The notes under the pieces were generated by a model. That model was not told the DNA's origin. It made no database searches and saw nothing but the letters and a program-made list of their open reading frames with translations. Both the position numbers and the translations under genes were made by a program. A stretch of 64,000 nucleotides of DNA from Pristiophorus japonicus (Eukaryota), in NCBI RefSeq assembly GCF_044704955.1, contig NC_091994.1:744001-808000 (forward strand), in the 5' to 3' direction. Numbering within the stretch: position 1 is the stretch's first letter; each line of letters starts with the position of its first letter. Positions 57,212-64,000 of the stretch are shown here, piece after piece.

Positions 57212-60200
57212 TCTGCTATCGACGAGTGAGCAGCAACCTTCGTCTCTTCGCTGACCCAGCTGAGCGCAGCATCGGCGAGAGCTGCCAGGCTTCCAGGCTT
57301 CCCGCGAGAAGTGAAGAATTTCATCCCGTCAGCAGAGACCGGCAATCCTCGGCCCACAGACCATGGGAGCTCGGCACCGGCGGAATCGGTCAACGGCCGA
57401 GCGGCTACTCGACGGGAATAAAGGCAAGGGGCAGTCCTTTGGGAGAAGCCGTGTCGGCCTGGTCTCGATTGCCAAGGCCCCCGTCCCGATCGGGAACAAG
57501 GCAGCCAATGGGAACAGCAGGCCATCACGGGGGCATTGCTGAAGACTGGGGTGAAGACCAGGTCGTTGGTGAAACTACCGAACTGATCCTTGACAGCTGC
57601 GTATTGTCGAGCACCCATGTGTCCACCTTTGGGGCGTGTGAAGAGCGGACTTCGAACGGATTGAATTCTGCGACTGACTCCTCCGGGGATCCAACACCAG
57701 CGCACGAAGTGTTAACTCTTCAGGAAGACGAGAGTTTTCTTCCTGTGCTCACTGCCCTGCTCCCACCAGCTGCGGAGCACACACTCAACGCCTCAACTGA
57801 TGACAAGAGCTTTTTGCCTCCATCTGCATCTCGACTGCGTCCGGCTGGGAACTACGGATTGAGTACCCTGGCTAATCGCCTCCCTGAAACCCAACACTTC
57901 CCGGTCGAACATGTCCGTGCCCAGCAAGCAACGATTGGTTCGGACCAAGAGATGGAAGTCTTTCAAGATGGTGACACTTCCGTCGGCACTGAGTGGCTGT
58001 CTGAATTGGATTGTACGACAGGATTGAAGGGCAGATCTCCGTCCCGTGTGTCTCTTTCAAACACTCTGCTTGACCTTGCCAAGTACAAAGGGTTTTGTGA
58101 TGCCGAGCTTTTGATCAGACCATCCGGAAACAAAGGCATTGATATAACCTCGCCAGATCACGTCTACGTATTTGAACGTGCAAATTCAACCACTTTACCC
58201 GAGCTGGATAAGACCACTGCCGTTCTCTTTGAGGACAGTTTGGACCTTGCCGTGCAGGCGGGCGATGGTGGACTTCCTCCAAATGTTGGCGTTGCGCAGT
58301 GGGAAGGTGGCGATGCCAAAGCTTCAGCCTCAGCTTCTGGGTCAAGCAGCAGCCCCTACTGTAGCTGTGAAAGTGGATCGGAGATTTTCTCCAGTGCCAT
58401 CGAAAACTTCAAGTATACAAGCCACACTCGGGAAGATCCAACGAGCCAGACAGACGAGGACTCCTGCTCAGCGGAGCGAGTTCCTTCAGGCACAAAGCAG
58501 GACCGTTCTGTTTCGGGGTGTCAAAGTGAGATCGCTGTGGCCACCATCCAGCCAGGACACGCTGGAGATCTGCCAACGCGCAACGCAGCAAATGCATCGC
58601 AGGAGATCCTGGCCTCTGCGCAGACCCACCTCGTTGAGCAAACGCCCGGCGACTCCCCTTTGTGGAGGGGTGGCACGCAGCCCGAGTGTCGTTGTCCGAG
58701 TCCCCGAAGGCAGCCTACCTACCGCGATGCAGGTCTTTGCTACAGTGCCCCGGCAAACCCAAGCAACAGCGTCCCACCGAGCTCGCGGGCAGGACCTACC
58801 TGTGCCGGCGGCGGTCCATGTACGGGGCGGTTAGCACCAGTCCCGTGCAGCGTGATACCACCAGCCAAGAAAGGGCAGGTGACACTCGATGGTGACGATG
58901 AATCCAGCCCAGAGATGCTGCCAGCCTTGGATACAAACGGCCGTAATCACCAGGGTACCCGAGAGGCTGAACCTGTTTCTGCCACGGGCCCGACAGAAGA
59001 CGGGGATTTTCCAGGGTTGCCGATGCCGTCTGGCAAGAGATCTTCATCTTCCGCTGTTCATGTCGTCGAAGCAAGCCTTGGGGCATCACATGGAGATACT
59101 GCTTCTGTCCACAACCCTGCAGGCAACAAAATCCCGGCGGGTTTAGGTGAAGAACATTCTTCAGATGAAGAAGAAGGTGGCTCAGATTTGGCAAAGTTAC
59201 TGAAGAACCTCCGGCTGTTGGCCACGACTGGACCGTCGCTGCAACTCATCGAGAACGGGTTGTCACCGTTCGTTACTCCGCGCTCCAGGAGCCGATTGGT
59301 CAGTGCCTCGTCACGGAGCCATGACTCGTTGCTTTTCGAGCAGTCTGTTGCCACGCCAACTCGAACTAGGCGAGTCCGCAACCCGCGGACAGAAGACGCC
59401 AGCGGGCCACCCGGCTGGATTGGCTCACGCAGCGATGGAACTGCTCTTTCCCAGGGAACAGGAGCTGAAGATCTCTCACTCTCCCTGGCTCACTCTTCAG
59501 ATGATGAAGATACAGACTTTGACACCGTTCCCTTTGTCGGGTGCAATGATCACAAGAAATGGACAGCCCCACCATTGCCAGCAGCATGCCGAGACCAGGA
59601 AGATGCAGACTTTGACACCGTACTGTTGTTCAACGCTAATCCTGAAAAAAGAACTCGCCGACCTTCACCGCAAACATGTGATGCAAACGGCGACGGTCAG
59701 AGTGTCCGGTTGAAAAGTGTAACCGCCAGCAGCAGGGGAAACCAAACTGTACCTTTCCCAGCTCCGGTAAGCCCTGAAGAATCTGGAGATGCCAACCAAG
59801 GTGATTGCATTTGCCCGCCCATCAGGCAGTCGGTCACAGAGCCTGACGCGCCTGCCAGTGGTGTTGATCAAAGGAGATGCTGCAACCCTTCAGAGGAAGA
59901 GGATAGCACGTGGCTTTCTGAAGATAATGACCTGCGAGGTGAACTGGAAGTATCACCGAAAGAGCAGGGGCCGTTTGGCGCTGCGAGATGGCGTGGTGTT
60001 TGCTCACGCCCATCCTCTCCGTGTCTTGGTTCGGTGCCGGTATCTGGCCAACCCGAGGCGCAGAGCAAGGAGGGTCCCAGAAACGGCAATGTGTGTGAAA
60101 GTACCAGGCTGGAGAATACCAGTTGGCAGCTGGGAAACCCCTCACCAGTGCAGTCCCGGGACCCACAGTGCAGCCGTTCCAGACACTCGGTTGAGCGGCG

Positions 60201-60673
60201 TTTTTCAGAAATACCCAACTGCAGTACCGAGTGGCAAAGCCTGGTGGGCGAGCGCGACCTCCCGCTGTCCCCTGGCGGGCGTCCGGTTAACCACGGCGTG
60301 AGCGAGACACTGGAGTACCTGTACACCGATACCCAGGGCGGGCACACCTTGATTGAGCGGCGCTATCCTTGCCAGGACGCCAGCTTCGAAAACTCCAGCA
60401 CTTCGGGCTCCGAGGAGACCGTCATTTATGACTGGAAGGCCTACAAGAGCAGGCCGGTCGGTGCCGGGGAGAAGGAAAACCTCAGGCCCAGCGAGGGATC
60501 GCCAAGGTTGTCTCCTCGCCTGCTGCTCCTGTCCAACGGGCAGATACTCAGGCAGCTGAGAGACCACGGAGAGGACCCCGGGCCAGTGACTGACCGCACC
60601 AGGAAGCTTTACCTCCATTGTCTGCACAGGATAAGGAAGGAGCCCCGCCCCAGGAAGCCGCTGCAGTCTGCAA
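57212..60673 (+). CDS. ANKLE1: ANKLE1 coding exon 5: 3462 nt, long low-complexity linker plus LEM domain (about 60520-60642)
   Basis: ttgcag|TC phase 1 into the 1203-aa ORF; LSNGQILRQLRDHGEDPGPVTDRTRKLYLHCL is a LEM motif; donor A|gtaagt. Confidence 0.88.
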
Positions 60674-60789
60674 GTAAGTTGAGGACTTGAGCTGTACTTG
60701 AGGGTTGTGATTGTCATCGTGGCCCAGAAACCTGCCCAGAGCATGACCACTGCGCCCGTACCCATATATCTGCTCTAAATTGCCCCCAA

Positions 60790-61520
60790 GAACATAAACA
60801 GGAGCAGGAGTCGGCCATTCGGCCCCTCGAGCCTGCTCCACCATTCAATAAGATCAAGGCTGATCTGATCATGGGCTCAGCTCCACTTCCCCGCCCGCTC
60901 CCCATAACCCTTTACTCCCTTATCGCTCAAAAATCTGTCGATCTCCACCTTAAATATATTCAATGACCCAGCCTCCACAGCTCTCTGGGGCAGAGAATTC
61001 CACAGATTTACAACCCTCTGAGAGAAGAAATTCCTCCTCATCTTAGTTTTAAATGGGTGACCCCTTTATTCTTAAACTATGCCCCCAGTTCTAGATTTCC
61101 CCCACGGGGGGAAACATCCTCTCTGCATCTACCTTGTTGAAACCCCTCGGTATCTTATACGTTTCAATAAAATCACCTCTCATTCTTCTAAACTCCAATG
61201 AGTATAGGCCCAACCTGCTCAACCTTCATCAGTCAATAAGCCCATTCTAGATAGACATAAGAATTAGGGGCAGGAGTGGGCCCTACGACCCCTCGAGCCT
61301 GCTCCGCCATTCAATACGATCACGGCTGATCTTCGACCTCAACTCCACTTCCCCGCCCGATCCCCATATCCCTCGATTTCTCTAGACTCTGAAAATCTAT
61401 TGATCTCAGCCTTGAATATATTCAGAGACTGAGCAACCACAGCCCCTCCCAAAGAATTCCAAAGATTCACAACTCTGAGTGAAGAAATTCCTCCTCATCT
61501 CTGTCTTAGACGGCGTTCTT
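60790..61520 (-). mobile_element. Two CR1 3' fragments
   Basis: aacataag-type tails and RNFF..WNSL in reverse. Confidence 0.8.
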
Positions 61521-61544
61521 CCCCTATAACGTGCCTTGGCTCTG

Positions 61545-62045
61545 GGTAGCACTGTAGCCTCTGAGTCCAAGCAGACACACCCAGTGCAGTACTGCGGGAA
61601 CACCGCACTGTCTGACACACCCAGTGCAGTACTGCGGGAACGCCGCACTGTCTGACACACCCAGTGCAGTACTGCGGGAACGCCGCACTGTCTGACACAC
61701 CCAGTGCAGTACTGCGGGAACGCCGCACTGTCTGACACACCCAGTGCAGTACTGCGGGAGTGCCGCATTATCTGAGCTTTCCGTGCCTCAGGTGAGACGT
61801 TAAACCAAGGCCTCGTCCGCCTGAGAGATCCCATGACACTATTTCGAAGAAGAGCAGGGGAGTTCTCCCCGGTGTCCTGGGGCCAATATTAATCCCTCAA
61901 TCAACGTCACTTTTTTTAAAAAAAGACACATGATCTGGTCATCATCACATGGCTGTTTGTGGGAGCTTGCCGTGCGTAAATTGGCTGCCGCGTTTCCCAC
62001 ATTCCAACAGTGACTGCATTTCAAAAGTACTTCATTGGCTGTAAT
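61545..62045 (+). mobile_element. DeuSINE with a 40-bp tandem array (61574-61770)
   Basis: Unit gacacacccagtgcagtactgcgggaacgccgcactgtct, then Deu core. Confidence 0.85.
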
Positions 62046-62192
62046 GTCATTTCTGTCCTGTATGTAACTGGGTGGGTCAGAGGGAGCGAGATTATTACAG
62101 ATTCTCGTTTGCTTTTCTGTAACTGATGGAAATCTCACTTGGTGCAAATGTCAGCCCAGCCTCCATCACTCAGTTGTTTATTTTTTACACAG

Positions 62193-62355
62193 GCTACAGT
62201 GCAGAGTTGTGTCAGAGTCTGGCCAAGTTTGTTTTCCCAGACTGCAGTCAGGATGAAAAGGCTTTAGTGCAGCAATTTGACCAGCCGGACAAGAGCCGCA
62301 AGTGGAGAGAAGGACACCTCAAATCCAGCTTCAATTACTTGCTCCTCGATCCCAG
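62193..62355 (+). CDS. ANKLE1: ANKLE1 coding exon 6 (start of the GIY-YIG nuclease region); gene continues beyond the window
   Basis: cacag|GC YSAELCQSL...FDQPDKSRKWREGHLKSSFNYLLLDP AG|gtacag; WREG..KSSF.YLLLDPR is an ANKLE1/LEM-3 signature. Confidence 0.95.
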
Positions 62356-62365
62356 GTACAGTCTT

Positions 62366-62922
62366 AGAATAGAGAAAGTTTACAGCACAGAAGGAGGCCA
62401 TTCGGCCCATCGTGTCCGTGCCGGCCGACAAAGAGCTACCCAGCCTAATCCCACTTCCCAGCTCTCGGTCCGTAGCCCTGTAGGTTACGGCACTTCAGGT
62501 GCACATCCCCAAGTACTTTTTAAATGTGATGAGGGTTTCTGCCTCTACCACCCTTTTAGGCCGTGAGTTCCAGACCCCCACCACCCTCTGGGTGAAAACA
62601 TTTCTCCTTAAATCCCTCTACCAATTACTTTAAATCTGTGCCCCCTGGTTGTTGACCCCTCTGCTAAGGGAAACAGGTCCTTCCTATCCACTCTATCCAG
62701 GCCCCTCATAATTTTATACACCTGAATTAAATCTTCCCTCAGCTTCCTCTGTTCCAAAGAAAACAACCCCAGACTATCCAATCTTTCCTCATCGCTAAAA
62801 TTCTCCAGTCCAGGCAACATCCTGGTAAATCTCCTCTGCACCCTCTCCAGTGCAACATCCTGGTAAATCTCCTCTGCACCCTCTCCAGTGCAACATCCTG
62901 GTAAATCTCCTCTGCACCCTCT
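62366..62922 (-). mobile_element. Older CR1 3' fragment with about 3 copies of a 38-bp unit at 62813-62922
   Basis: ALERVQRRFTRM repeated; atagaa-type tail. Confidence 0.8.
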
Positions 62923-63002
62923 CTTTTCTTCAAATTTAAATCCAGCTGAGAAATGTTCTTGCTCGCGAATGAAACAGTCCCACTTTAGCCAACTGTTATT
63001 GG

Positions 63003-63662
63003 CATCAAACACTCCCAGCGCAGGTACAGCACGGGATTAGATACAGAGTAAAGCTCCCTCAACACTGTCCCATCAAACACTCCCAGGGCAGGTACAACAC
63101 GGGATTAGATACAGAGTAAAGCTCCCTCGACACTGTCCCATCAAACACTCCCAGGGCAGGTACAGGGGGTTAGATACAGAGTAAAGCTCCCTCTACACTG
63201 TCCCATCAAACACTCCCAGGGCAGGTACAGGGGGTTAGATACAGAGTAAAGCTCCCTCTACACTGTCCCATCAAACACTCCCAGGGCAGGTACAGGGGGT
63301 TAGATACAGAGTAAAGCTCCCTCTACACTGTCCCATCAAACACTCCCAGGGCAGGTACAGCACGGGGTTAGATACAGAGTAAAGCTCCCTCTACACTGTC
63401 CCATCAAACACTCCCAGGGCAGGTACAGGGGGTTGAATACAGAGTAAAGCTCCCTCTACACTGTCCCATCAAACACTCCCAGGGCAGGTACAGGGGGTTA
63501 GATACAGAGTAAAGCTCCCTCTACACTGTCCCATCAAACACTCCCAGGGCAGGTACAGGGGGTTGAATACAGAGTAAAGCTCCCTCTACACTGTCCCATC
63601 AAACACTCCCAGGGCAGGTACAGGGAGTTGAATACAGAGTAAAGCTCCCTCTACACTGTCCC
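63003..63662 (+). repeat. 65-68-bp minisatellite (about 10 units)
   Basis: catcaaacactcccagggcaggtacagggggttagatacagagtaaagctccctctacactgtcc; a diverged monomer lies in reverse at about 27950-28012. Confidence 0.93.
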
Positions 63663-64000
63663 AGGAACTCAACAGCACCTGGATTGAGACTGTGTAACTC
63701 ATTTAAGGAAGGACCCTTGCAGCCAGCAGTGGAGGAGTTGTGTCGGGTGGAGGCGAGGTGAAACCCACCTGCACCGTCCTGCCCCCAGGTTTAGATTTGA
63801 AGGGTTTGTTGTGAGCCCCTCTTGCAGCTCGGTGCGTAAATCCTGTCGAGAAACTGAGCCCAGGAACCCGCGAGATTGCATGGTCTGTGTCTGACCTGTG
63901 ACGGGTTTACCGATCGCGCCCAGGGTTGTGGTCAGGTTGCTGATGGTGGTCCTGGAATCCTACAACATAGGAGGAGGCCATTCGGTCACCATGCCCGTGC

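Noticed and set aside
63003-63662. CRISPR-like regular repeats (also 51884, 53675, 61574)
   Set aside because: Head-to-tail units with no unique spacers and no cas genes, in a vertebrate context.

Overview
Vertebrate genomic DNA, most likely a cartilaginous fish (shark), inferred from abundant CR1 LINEs, SacSINE1-like DeuSINEs, and L2, RTE and Penelope-like relics. Three spliced genes were reconstructed by eye. NR2C2AP (+, 5 coding exons 3342-16780, 141 aa) has a U12-type AT-AC last intron. RFXANK (-, 8 coding exons 32297-20051, 331 aa) has a GC-AG last intron and lies tail-to-tail with NR2C2AP. ANKLE1 (+, 6 exons 48123-62355, continuing past the window) has a 3.46-kb exon and lies head-to-head with RFXANK. 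Most of the rest is retroelement debris and minisatellites; the long repetitive ORFs in the track are minisatellite artefacts. Most notable: (i) a Tx1-clade LINE inserted with a 14-bp TSD in a CR1 ORF2, with its terminal bases also found at the identical nucleotide of a second CR1 copy, suggesting a CR1-targeting site-specific retrotransposon whose 3' end carries two blocks complementary to the target; (ii) a near-intact CR1 whose ORF1/ORF2 junction looks like a -1 ribosomal frameshift cassette; (iii) an ANKLE1 promoter in which a 30-bp minisatellite supplies five phased CCAAT boxes ahead of a CDE/CHR element. All homology calls are from recognition, not database searches; TE boundaries are approximate unless a TSD is given.
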